From the NCBI GenBank assembly GCA_010909165.1, contig MU008160.1:1054001-1118000 (forward strand): a stretch of 64,000 nucleotides of DNA, written 5' to 3'. The position numbers and the translations under genes are program-made. This stretch comes from Anthoceros angustus. Lineage: Eukaryota; Plantae; Anthocerotophyta. Numbering within the stretch: position 1 is the first letter of the stretch; each line of letters starts with the position of its first letter. Of the stretch, positions 35,394 to 47,379 are shown in pieces. The notes beneath the pieces are model-generated. The model did no database searches. It saw only the letters and a program-made list of their open reading frames with translations, and had not been told where the DNA came from.

Positions 35394-36149
35394 CTTCCAG
35401 TAGGGTTTGTCATTTTTGTCTTCACACCTTGTTGGGATCAGCTGAAATGTTATTCATGAACACATTGATCTGGCAGGACTTCTATATGGAAGTGGGTATG
35501 TATATTGTTGCTTCACCCTACTAAATTAATAATAAACTAAGCACAGGTGTGGTTGGCTTGAATTCTGGCTTTCCTTTCCAGTTGCTGATTTGTCTGCTCT
35601 CCAGTAGACACATGCCCTTCCGCTGTCTGCGAGAGCTTGCCCCCCTTTTTTTTTTGTTGTTGTTGTTGGAGTGGTTGTGGTTGTTGTGTTGGAGTTCCTT
35701 GCTGGGAGGGTGCAAGGGCCTTGCTGGGGGAGGGTGCAAGGGCCTTGCTGGGGAAGGGTGCTGCTCCATGCAGCACCTGCGCTTTGTCCGCTTATCACAA
35801 GCATCACTGTTTTATCCCAGTACTTTGTAGAAATACACACCTGTACTAGCAAATTCTGTAGCAAATTGAGTCTAAGTTTGTTGAAGCCTTCTCAGCAAAG
35901 CAAAGTGTGGTTGCTCGCTTTTAGATGTATTTTCATCTATACATTTTTATAATTCAAATATTATTATAATATAATCTTGTCTAAATGATGGTAGTAAGAG
36001 AAGTACGTATGATCATAGTTATTTTACTCATTTTGATTGTACCAGTTTGTCTATACTAACCTCCTCATTTTGGTTGGGCCCCAACATCCTCATGGACCTA
36101 AATTATACACTCTATCTCAATACATTATATGCACACTACCTCAATAGAT

Positions 36150-36790
36150 TTTACTTGGGACCAGTATAATCTTGGAATTATGAGTTTTGTGTCCCACAAG
36201 GTCCTTGGGACTATCTGTCCTGTATTCCATTTTCAGCTTGGAGACACACCAAACATGTCCGATAAAGTCCTTTTAGGACAATTGGTTTCGTACCCCATTT
36301 TAACCTTGGATACGCTAAACATGACCGGCAAGTTCATACTAGGACTATGGGTCCCGTGTCTGGCAAGTCCTTGGACTCATGGGTCCCATATTCGAGCTTT
36401 AGATCCAGGACACACCAAAAATGACCGACAAGTCCAATCAAATGTGATTCCACGAAAAAAATGATCCGCAAGTTCTTAGGACTATGGATCTTCTATCCGA
36501 CAAAGTTCTTCCGACAATGGAACTATGGATCCCGTATTCAGTTTTAGAGCTAGGACACACCAAACATCATCGGCAAGTTCTTAGGACTATGGGTGCAAGT
36601 TCCTAAAAGACTACGGGTCCTATGTCCGGCAAAGTTCTTGCAACTATGCTCCCGGTGTTCAGCAAAAGTTCTTACCAAGATATGATGGGTCCCTTGTCTG
36701 GCACATTTCTTATAATTATGGGTCCCGCTAAGTTTCTTTAAATTATATAGGTCAAGTGTCCATCACGTAAGTCCTGCGGACTATAGGACC
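36150..36790. repeat. Degenerate minisatellite-like array, possibly TE subterminal repeats
   Basis: Recurrent motifs ggactatgggtcc, ggcaa(a)gttct and ggacacaccaaac, repeated many times. Confidence 0.6.
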
Positions 36791-37224
36791 TGCATGTGGT
36801 ACACGACAAACTAAACATGAGCGGATCACTAGATAGTAAGAACTCGTCTTAGAGCTTCGACATATTAAACACACTTGCAATTAGAAATCAACAGGCAAAT
36901 GAGGATGCCATTTGTTTGCTCTTTGCAAAATGAAGCATTAGTCAGGGATCAGTCCCCATGTCATGGGCGCAAGATCGTAGGGGTCAGTCTCCCTATTTTG
37001 GGGCACAAGAGCCTAAGAGAAGTGCATCCCTTTAGAATTTAAAGCATGTGTGGTACAATGCACAGAAAAAAAAGAATCATCCACATCTCATCCAACATCT
37101 CATCCAACATTTACGGTGAGCTTGAGCACAATTCAAAGAACGAACACCATTTGCAAACGTGTATTGTACGCAAAGAATGATTTCTTCTTGTAACATCATT
37201 ACAATAATGCCTATGCCATATATC

Positions 37225-37292
37225 TATGGTTGCTGGGATTTGAACCCACACGGCCATAACATGGAATCCTTACCACCGTAATCCGCAGCCAA
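37225..37292 (-). pseudogene. Degenerate tRNA-His-derived sequence (pseudogene or SINE head)
   Basis: Reverse complement ggctgcggattacggtggtaaggattccatgttatggccgtg-tgggttcaaatcccagcaacca aligns to plant cytosolic tRNA-His(GUG), with a mutated anticodon and a deletion in the variable region. B-box GGTTCAAATCC is retained. Confidence 0.6.
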
Positions 37293-38037
37293 TTTAGCTC
37301 TAATTTTCCTCTCCTCTCTTAAAAAAACTCACTTCTATTTTTTTGTGGTGACCTTGTATTCTCATGCTCTATATTTTGTGATCTATATTCTCCAAAAACT
37401 AATGTAAATTTCGGAGATAAAAGAGAAGCTAAGTATGGAAGATAGATTTCCTTAAGACAACATCATCTATTGGTCGATATATTTTGAAATATGAATGGAC
37501 TCTTTTAAGAAAAAAAACACAATTACAGTCAATGGATGAGTGGTGACAAAGAGACGCGACACTAGTCCGGGTCCGAGTGCGCTTTGATAGACCGGTCAAA
37601 TGCTGTACATACATACACATGTAGGGGCCAGCAGAGGTTAGCAGTAATAAAACGGCGTGGTAACGTGGTGGCGAAACGCGTATTGCCACGCAGCAGCTCG
37701 GTCACCACAGCAGCGCCCACCACCACCACGGCACACACAAACACGCTCGGCTCGTCTCGGCTGCTCTGCGCATCGCCTGGCCTCGCCTGCCTCGGGCTCG
37801 GGCTCTGCGCATTCATTTCCCCCGTCGCATTGCGACGTCCCGGACTACAAGGCGGCTGGGGGAGCCAGGAATCGAGGCACCGGGCATCTGCTGTCCAGGG
37901 ACAGAGCACGCTCGGGAGCTGCACGGAGCGCGCGGGGCAGAGGAGATGGAGACGGACGAGAAGGGCAGGGGCTGCAGGGACAGAGACAAAGAGGGGCCCC
38001 GGCTGCTGTGACTGCCAGCGCTGGATGACGCAGCAAC

Positions 38038-41000
38038 ATGGTTGGGGAGAAGCACAGCGAGCTGGTGTGCGTGCTGCAGCAGCGGGCGCGGGATCCCGTC
38101 TGCAAGGCCATATTCGATCCGCTCATGGAGCTGCTGTGGACCGCCTCTGCGTCAGTAGGTTCCGGGCGCTGCTCTTCTGCTTCTGCTTGTTGCGTGCCTG
38201 CTCTGTGAGCTGTTGCTCCTCCTGCGGTGTGAGGGGCGTGGCGGGGTCGGGGAATTGCTGCGCGGGCTTGTCTGGTTGGAATCTCCCTGGGAGGGGGAAT
38301 TCGAGCCGTCTGAATTTTGTGTCAGAAGCTTGGTGGGTTTGTGTTTGGATTTTGTGGGTGAGTGGGACTGTGTGCTGGGCAGCCTGCGTGTGTGGCGCCT
38401 CGTGGTGGGCCTGGACGGCAGATGGAAATGCGGGTTCAAGATTTCCCGGATTCCTTTTCGCAGGCGATGGGAACTTCAGACTCTCATTCTTGGGTCTCCT
38501 CGCATTTCGGTGGGAGATTTGTATGGAGGTCTGGATTCAGTTCAGCTTGGTCAGCTGGTTGCGGACAAGGGATGCCTCAGCTGCATTGCCTGTCAGACAT
38601 GGCGTGATAGCAATGAAATTGCTGGATTTCTTAGCTTATCCTGATGATGGGCGTCAGGATGCACATCGTTCCTAGCTTTCAGATTAGGGCAGCCCACTAG
38701 AACTGTGGCCCTATGGTCTAACTTTTGAATTTCGTTGACACCAATCTCTGACTTCTTCGTGGACACTTTTATCCGCCATGTCATAGGCATCGGTACATTT
38801 GATGGTGGCGTTATCTGTATAGTTACCATGGGAGAGCTGGCTATTGTGGTGTTATAGAAAGGTACCTTGCTCTTCAGCATTGCAGTGAGACATTGGACAT
38901 GCGCCTGCGTGCAGGGAACAGTACACTCTCACATTTGTCCGACAATGCAAAAGTACTCGGTCTTTGGAGCACATAATGGTATTGTAGTCGGGTTGCTGCT
39001 CACAACAGAAGGTGTCATTTCTGTGAGTGCCGATGCTCTACGGATGCACACACGAGGTGGTCTCCCTGTCTTGAGCTTCAGGTAAATTAACTCATAGTGA
39101 TTGAACCGGTTCTAGAGTCATCACCTTCCAAGTTGTCACGTGAGGAACCTGATGCATCTTGTTTGAGTTGTGCCTTTCCAGTGTTCTTCTGACCTGAATT
39201 TCTTTGCAGGGATAATGGCGTTGCAGATATGCTATGCTGTGAATGGGAGCGTCCTGCAGCAGCTCGTGTGCTACTAGGTCATGCTTCGAACAGAATCTCT
39301 GTGTTCGATATGGCTACATCTTCTATTTCCTCATCGGTACCTATTTTATCCTGCTGTTTGAATAAATTGAAGAGTTGCTAAGTAGTACTGGGGCCTGCTG
39401 TCTCTGGTGGTTCTTCCTGTGTGTCACCCCTACTATAGAGCAAGATGAGTTATTACCTTATTTATGTTTGCTCTGGTTCAGGTCCATACGAGTCAAGGTA
39501 TCTCTGTGATGAGAAGCAATGGTCGTCTTGTAGCATGTGGGGGCACTGCAGGAGAGCTCAGCTTGAAGGATCTCAGAACAATGAAAACTGAGCACTCTGT
39601 AGACGCCCATCCAGGTGTGTGTCATTGACTGACCTTCGGTATAGATCACAATATTTTGAGTCTTGGGAGTAATGCTTACGCATCATTGTGGAGTCCTTAT
39701 GTATCCACGGCTGTGCTTGGTTCAGCTGTATTTATGTTTGTATGTGTGTCTGCCACTCCATAGGATAAAGATCTTGACATTAAGTAGTTCTTTCTCACTG
39801 TTGCATTCAAGGTGGGGTTCCTTATGATCCAAGTACACAGGCTCTTGGTTTGATGGCTCATTCCAGGAAAAATTACTTCGCTGGAGCTTAAGGGCGACTT
39901 GCTTGTGTCTTGTGGGCTCACCCAGCATATGGGTCGACTGTATTCTGATCCAGTCATAAAGGTCCTTGCCCCCTCAGTTGCTCAGAATAATATCCAACAT
40001 GTACATTATTGGCTCGTGGAGGGTTCTGGCATTTATTCCAGATCATCAACATTTGAATGTATATTTGCATAACATTGTTTACAGTTTAGAGTTCCCTATG
40101 GCAGGTTTTTGACATTAGGCAGGCTGTGCGTCCTTTGACACACATCCCTTTCGTTCCTGGGCCCACAACTCTGCACTTCCAACCCAAATTTTCCAGTATC
40201 GTCGTAGCCACTGCGGGAACAGGGGCTATCCTCGTGACTGATGTACAAGGTGGAGGCACGGATTGTCAAACATATCAGGTCGTCTCTGCTGCACGTTTCA
40301 GAGAACGTGAGCTTGGTTGTGAGATTTTACGGACACCTCCTCCAGTGAACTATTTGTGACCGTTGCTGGTGAACCTTTCTCCAGGTGGACTGTGGGGAAG
40401 ACTTTCTGGTCACTTCAGATGTCTCGAATTCTGGCGAGCTTCTAGCATTTGGCGATTCAGGGGGCTTTTTACATTTATGGGGTACTTTCGACCGAGCTCG
40501 TGTCAATCTCTTCTCTCAACCCACTGAGGTACTATCTTGTGAGTCGCTTGGTTGAAATGTGATGGACTTGCTTAGCTTTGCCGTAAGTGGGGCTATTTGC
40601 GCATCAGCTTCAGGCTCTTTCTTGTGTCACCTTCAAAAACCACGTCTGTCCAGGGAGCCTTGTCTTTTTGTTTCCCTGCTTTAGGCTCTGACATGCTGCA
40701 ACTGGTAAAAGCAGGAGTTGAATCATTTCGTGGTGTCAACTTCCACTTTTGCTGCATGAACATGGTGGTTGATGCTGGATGGAAGATCACTTCTTATCTC
40801 ACAATGATTAGTCCTACTGAGTTGTGATGGCCGCCTGTGCACAGCTCCCAGATGTATCAACAGGGCCACAAGTTCACATTAGCGAGAGGGATTCTTTCAG
40901 CTATATATATCAGCCGTTCTCCAGCACATTGTTCTCTACTGTGGATTCAGCATTGCCCATCCATGTGGGTTTGCCACCAAGAACAGTAGACCCATCATTG

Positions 41001-44000
41001 CTAGAGCAAACGCAGTCGGTTGATTTTGTCAAAGTAGTCCAGAATCCTCACTGGCAATTAGGGAGTCCTTATGGTGATGCCACTCGAGCTTCTGTGGGTC
41101 TACGCAATACCCGTCGAAAAGGCAAGGTAGGCAGGCTATTTACCTATGCAACACATGTCTGGCAGTCTTCTCTTGCTGACCATGCTGAATCAGTCATTCT
41201 GTCTGACAGTAGAGCTAGGATCTTTTTTCTTGGTTGTTACTGGATCATTATGGGTTGCTGTCTGTGATACTGAGTCCGTATGGTGCTGCAGACAGATATC
41301 GAAAGTTTACAGATCACTGATCGGAGGTCTTTAGGGGCCTCAGGTGCGAAGGGTATCTTGAAGTTCAGGTGGCTTCCAAAGGGCTATCGGCGAGTTGAAG
41401 CAAAGCAGTCACAGTCAAAGCTCAGATATGAGGAGTTTGACTTTAGCTATTACAACAAGACACGCTTTGCAGGTTTGGAGAATGATACCATCAACAGTTA
41501 CTGCAATTCGCTCTTGCAGGTATCTGTTAGCATTTATGTGACTTCGCTATCCTGATTCGCTGCCCTCTTGCCTGGCAATGTTGGCTTTGTCCTTCTGGTA
41601 CTCTGCCTTTTTATCACACAGCATTGTCTCGGCAGGTGCTCTATTTTATTCCCCAGCTGCAGTCTAGTGTCACTCGTCACATTTGTGAACGGGAGTTTTG
41701 CCTCACATGTGAACTTGGGTTTGTCCTACATATGCTTGATCTTGCCAGAGGCGACACTTGTCAGGTACCTCCCCTTGCTCTCCATTGGAACCTTCCAATT
41801 GTCAGCTGTGTTAGTGCAGCCATAAACTGTCACATGTATCCTTGCCCTTGCTTTGGTCTCTCATTCCAACTGGATTTGCAGCCCACCAATTTGTTGCGTG
41901 CATTGAGACAAATCCCTGAGGCATCAGCTCTTGGGCTTGTGGAAGGACCTGATGAGTGGGAAAGTAGTAAGGAGAAGTCACTGGCAAAGAGAATTCAGAC
42001 GTTTAGTAGATTCCTTCTTGAACAGGTGCTTTCACATGAGATTCCTCCTTCGCCTATAATCATTCTAGCATGGATAAAATGTTTAGGAAAGAACAAATCT
42101 ATAGGCTTGAAGTAAACTGGAAGTCATCTTTGTTTCGTGTGCCCTTCTGTGATTTGCAACATGGTTTCTGAAAATACAGAAAATCTGTTTTCACAGCTGC
42201 ACAAAGAGGCACAAAGTGGGAGTACCTCTTCTGAACCTACCTCTCAAGGCACACCTCTTAGTGACTACCTCTTTGGGACGACATACCGATTGCGCACAAA
42301 GGTGACACGAGGTCTTCAGTTTCAAACAGTTGGATGAGAGTACGCTCACAGGCATGGAACAAATAGCTTATAGTTAGTTGTGCATCCGTCACAGTGTTTC
42401 AGAGTCTCACATGAAGATATTGTCCAAGAGAGGCGTTTATTCCAAGTAGACCTGCAGGTAGCCTATGGATACCTTGGCTAGTTAACACATTGGCTGATAG
42501 TTGAAAAGGTCTCAATGAATCTGAAAGCATGTTCTTGTGATTGACAGTACACAACAGGAAAGGCTGGAGTACAGCCAACCTTTGCAGAGCTCCTGGAGAG
42601 GAGCCTTTGCAAACAGGAAGAAGTTCGTGCCTGGTGCTCAGAGTGTCGAAGCTATCTTCAAGTACAGCAGGTTGACAGCTTCACTGTTGCCCTTCTATCT
42701 ATTGATCATGGCAGCTAGCTGGTACTTATGCGGTAATGTGTTCCAGATTCGTGCGCCCTGTAACCTGCCAAGGGTTCTCATTGTCAACTGTTGTATCAAG
42801 GGGGATGCTGAGCTATCTTTCTGGCTCAGAGAGTCACACCAGGCACGTCCAGACAACAAATCCAGCATTACCGAGAATGGAAGATCCTTCATCTCCAAAG
42901 CAATGTATCAAAGTGGGGCAGATATGTGGCTTCCATTCCGTCTTGGGATCACATTAGATCCTCAGTATTCGAGAGTCAGGGTGATTGAGGTGGCAACCAC
43001 TACTCTATTCCTTGAGCCATAAATTTCTAGGACAAATTCATATTATGTGGTTTACCATCTTGATGCAGGACCGCACACCACGTGGCAGCAATGAGCAATT
43101 GAAAACCAAAACATCCAGTGCCAACATTACTGCTGCCATGCATGGTATCTATGAGTTGACAGCCATGATAGCTCACATTCACGACGAATATGATAATGGT
43201 GGAAGGCCCCAAGAAGAAAGTGAGGGTCATCTAATCGCACACGTGAAGGTACATTGTAGATACATCTCTGCAATTAGCAACTGCTGTTTCTTGTGGCAGT
43301 GTCTTTTTTCTGAGAGCTTCTCATTGGGATCTCTGTGTTTTTACTACTGATAGATTCCCCCACGTTATTTTGAAAAACATGCACCACATTCATCGTCACC
43401 AACTGTAGGCGCTTCAGCTGGTATTGCAACTTGTCGTGGATGATTTTGAAACCCTGTTGAGAAACACCATTTCAGCCATCGCTTGCCTTGCTTGTGAGAG
43501 TCGGGCTGTATACTGATTCTCTCTTGGCTCATGCAGGCGCTCCAAACCAAGCAACATTATCTCGAGGAGTTTCTTACTCATTTGAGTGGGTTCTATTTAA
43601 TGATTTTTGCATATCTCCCAGTTCGGCTGCCGAAGTGGTAATGTGATCAGTGTTTTGTTTATGCAAGAGCCTGAATTGTCCCTTTAGGTTGTTGTGATGT
43701 GACTGGCCTGACATGGCCTTTCATGGAGTAGGTAACCATGTATGGGAAGCAAAAGGTACCCTGTCTGCTTTACTACACCCGCATTGAGGATTGTGATTGG
43801 GAGGGAACGGAGGGTGTGCATGAGCATACTCCGAAGACTTCTGATGGGGATAAATTGCTGTCATCACTTTTCTCTCGGGTAATCCTATTGGACGTGCAAA
43901 CTGTTTCTTTAATGCGGAGGGCAAGCTTTTGTTCTGTGTGTAAGGGTGTTTAATCTTGCATTCCTGGTGTTACAGAAGGTGTCTTCACCAATTAGCCAAG

Positions 44001-45890
44001 AGTTATTTAATCGGCTTATCTCTGAACCCTCAAGAGATGCGGCTGACGCAGCCACTTCTAGCTTTGTTGCACTGGATATGGCTACAGAATCTCCGAGACC
44101 GGTAGTGACTGGCCCTGCATTTGATGATCTTGTCTGTTTGGGCTTTCTCTTGAGTCCGATCTTCTTGCCTTGTTTAACGACTAAAGAGTTCTCTGTGGTT
44201 GGTCATAGGGAATGCTTTTGGGGATTGATGCAGAGTTCGTTGCTCTCTCAGCTGCTGAGAAGGTACCTATGATGACCTAATTTGAAAGAATTGCTTTTTT
44301 TGTTTGAAGTCGCTAAGCAAAATTGCTGGTGCTTTCTGACTCGATACGTCTTTTCCAGGGCTCTCGAGGTGATGGTTCAGAGTACATAATAAGGCCTGCT
44401 CGTCTTGGACTGGCTCGTGTCAGTGTGGTATGTATTTTTTAAGATTTTCCTGTTCGCAATGTTCCACCTTGCAGAAAGTGTCCACGGGACACTTCAATAC
44501 AAAGATTGTTATCAGCTGGGACGCTTAACTTTCTTGTAGCGATCCTTTCAAGCAGCTGTCTAAAGGTTGCCAATTCCTGAAATCAAGGTCCGAGGAGGAG
44601 GAGAGAAGGCCGGTGTTTGCTGCATAGACGACTACATTTGTACAGTGAGTACTCAATTGGATTGTCTACTGGTCTGACCGGGTTTGCTGCTAAGACATTC
44701 TTGGTTCCAGAAACTGCTTCTTACCAGAGGCTCGTTTCGGATTGCTCCAGGTTGAACCAGTTCATGACTACTTGACGAGATACTCAGGAGTGTCGCCGGG
44801 GGACTTGGTGAGTCTTTGGGGTCAATGCATGCTTTTCTTTTCTGGCTGTCTCCTTTTATCAATCAGAAAGCTGTATCGTGTGGTGGCAACGGCTCTGTTG
44901 CTGACATCAAGTGCCTTTCTCTTTGTAGGATCCCACCACGTCTAAGCATCCTGTCACTACCTTGAAGAAAGCCTACTTGAAGCTACGCTACCTGGTAGCC
45001 ATAACCTCTCTCCTGAATCTCTTGACTGTGCTGGCAGCATCCTACCTCAGGTGTAATGAGGAGTCTGACAGCTGCCTGTGCTGATGATGTAGGTCGACAG
45101 CGGTTGCCTCTTTGTAGGCCACGGATTGAAGAAGGACTTTCGAATGATCAACATTGTCGTTCCTCAGGAGCAGGTTTTGTGCTCTTGCTTAAGCCTTAGA
45201 CTGTCTGCAACATTCTGAAACACTGGCTGGGGTTTTCAACGCGGGCACATGTGCAGATCATTGACACCGTGGAACTATTCCATCTGAAGAAGTCGCGCAA
45301 GCTGTCTCTGCGATTCCTGGCATCCTATCTGCTTAACGTAATGCGATTCAATTACGGCATGTTCATCTCTGCTATGATTTTCTCACCGAGTACAATGTGA
45401 GAGCGTGGGTTTCTCGTGTGCAGGCAAACATCCAAAACGAGACGCACGATAGTATCGAGGACGCGTGCACGGTCAGTCCGTTTGTCTGTTGGCTTGCTTG
45501 CAACACAATCTGATCAGATGCACCTAAATCCTAAACTATGATGCACTAGACCTGATTGCTCCTTGACCGCATCTCTGCAGGCTCTGAGGTTGTATGCAAA
45601 ATACAAAGAACTGGTAGCTTCGGGGCAGTTTCCCGCCAAGGTATAGACACAGAGTCTAACTAAATGAAAGAACTAGGTCACAGGAACTGGGTGATTGTCA
45701 TTCAACTTGTCTCTCGTGTGATGCGTATGCACTAACACTCGTATTGTGTGGATCAATCAAGCTCACGGAGATTTACGACTACGGCCGAAGCCATGGCTGG
45801 GAGATGTCTAGAGATGCTGAAAGCTCCAAAGATGTGGGCGAAGCTGGCGACCCTGGTGATGCTGCTGTGCAGCGTGGTCCTGCAGGATAG
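38038..45890 (+). CDS. PAN2: PAN2 poly(A)-specific ribonuclease catalytic subunit (WD40 + pseudo-USP + DEDDh), many exons
   Basis: N-terminal [12 protein letters not shown]; WD40 exons; [30 protein letters not shown]; [15 protein letters not shown]; WVLFNDF; KVPCLLYY; exonuclease motifs [46 protein letters not shown]; terminal exon LTEIYDYG...* (TAG 45888-45890). Confidence 0.93.
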
Positions 45891-47379
45891 TGTTGGGCAG
45901 TCGTATTTAAGGCTCAGATGTAATGTTATCTAGGAGCAGCAACGTAATTACAGGCAGTGAAGATCGGTGTCTCTGTTCCGTCCGGTGTAGGAAGTCTCTC
46001 GAGAGCTTGTGAGGAGCTCGATGAAAGGGACATGCGCACAGATTGGAATGTGCAGCCTTGAATGCAGCTTAGCTAGGGCAGGGCACTTGTACATATCTAC
46101 CTATACGTCAGACCTCGGAGTGGTAACCGGTGTTGAAACGCCTCCTTGTAATCAATGAAGCTTTCTTTCCTTTCTACTCACTCAATGCTGTGTGTGCAGG
46201 CAAGCACCTACCCAGCCTCCTTCTCTGGCAGGTTTCCTGTGACTTGTCCTGTGCGCCGTCTCCGTTTTCTGTTTCATGACTGTTGCTGTTGCTGTTGCTG
46301 ATGCCGATGCTGCCACCATAGCCGCCTCTCTCGCACAGTTCCCAGTCCCACTCGCTCGAGCTTGCTTGCCTGCAGGTAGTAACTGTCCTGCAATACAGCT
46401 GGGACTCCTGGGCAAGGTTGGTGCCGAGGATGGTAAGAGGACATCACTCCCAGCAGCTTCCTCCTGTAGGCCTGTCCTTTTCTGCATAGGCTTCTCCTGT
46501 TCTCCTTTCCCCGCCTGGCCATCTGCTGAACTGCCGCGTGGGACCTGCTCTGCCCACAAAGATTCTAGAACAAACCGTGTGGGTCAGCCTGGGACATCCA
46601 CATTTTGTTGTCCTGCTCTTTCTGTTGACGAAGCCAGGATCTGCGGTGGCCATGGCAGTAAAAGTGGCTTCACTCCGCCACCTCATGACACGTCACGGGT
46701 TCGAACCCGTCATGCAGGTTTGCCGTTGGGTTAGCCTGACCGCAGCTGCGGTTAGGGAGGTGATAGGCGTGGGCTCGCCACACAGAGGCTTTGAGGAGGC
46801 GAGGGCCGGGGTGGAGCGGAGGCCAAAGAGCGACTATACTTGACGGGCAAGGCAGGCGGGAAGGCAGGGAGGCTCCTCCTGCTGCATGCGCCATCTCCTG
46901 TACAGATTGGGCAACAGCAAAGCGCAGAAGCTGGCGCAGGGCAAGGAGGAATTTGCAGCGCTTCAAGCAATCCAGAAATCAAAGCAAGCAAGCAGAAGCA
47001 GAAGCAGAGGCAGAGGCAGATGCAGATGCCGATGCGGTCATCTCCTCGGGTGTAGATGCATGAAGACGCCGCCAACAGTGAGAACGTGATTCTGGATTGG
47101 GGTTTGGCCTGTGGAGAGGGCCAGGGCAGGCCGGCAGTTGGTACGGGGCTCGGGCCGGGCTGCTGTGATATGCATAGACGTATATTTACAGTTTGCATAC
47201 GTACGGACGGTATGTGTGGATAATTGGAATTGCACGCGTGAGAGTCTGAGTGCTTGATCCCCCGGGCCTCGGGGAGACTCAGATCTCATGAGGAGTTGTA
47301 TATCGGAGGAGAGGAAGCGCAGGATAATAACGGGATTGGGTTGAATAACGTCTTCCACTGCCGGAGCGACTGTTGGAGC

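Noticed and set aside
37584-38675. 363-aa ORF
   Set aside because: Spans the PAN2 promoter, first exon (different frame) and intron 1; no recognisable domain.
46990-47062. miR530/miR1030-like sequence
   Set aside because: Explained by a GCAGAR microsatellite; no complementary arm.
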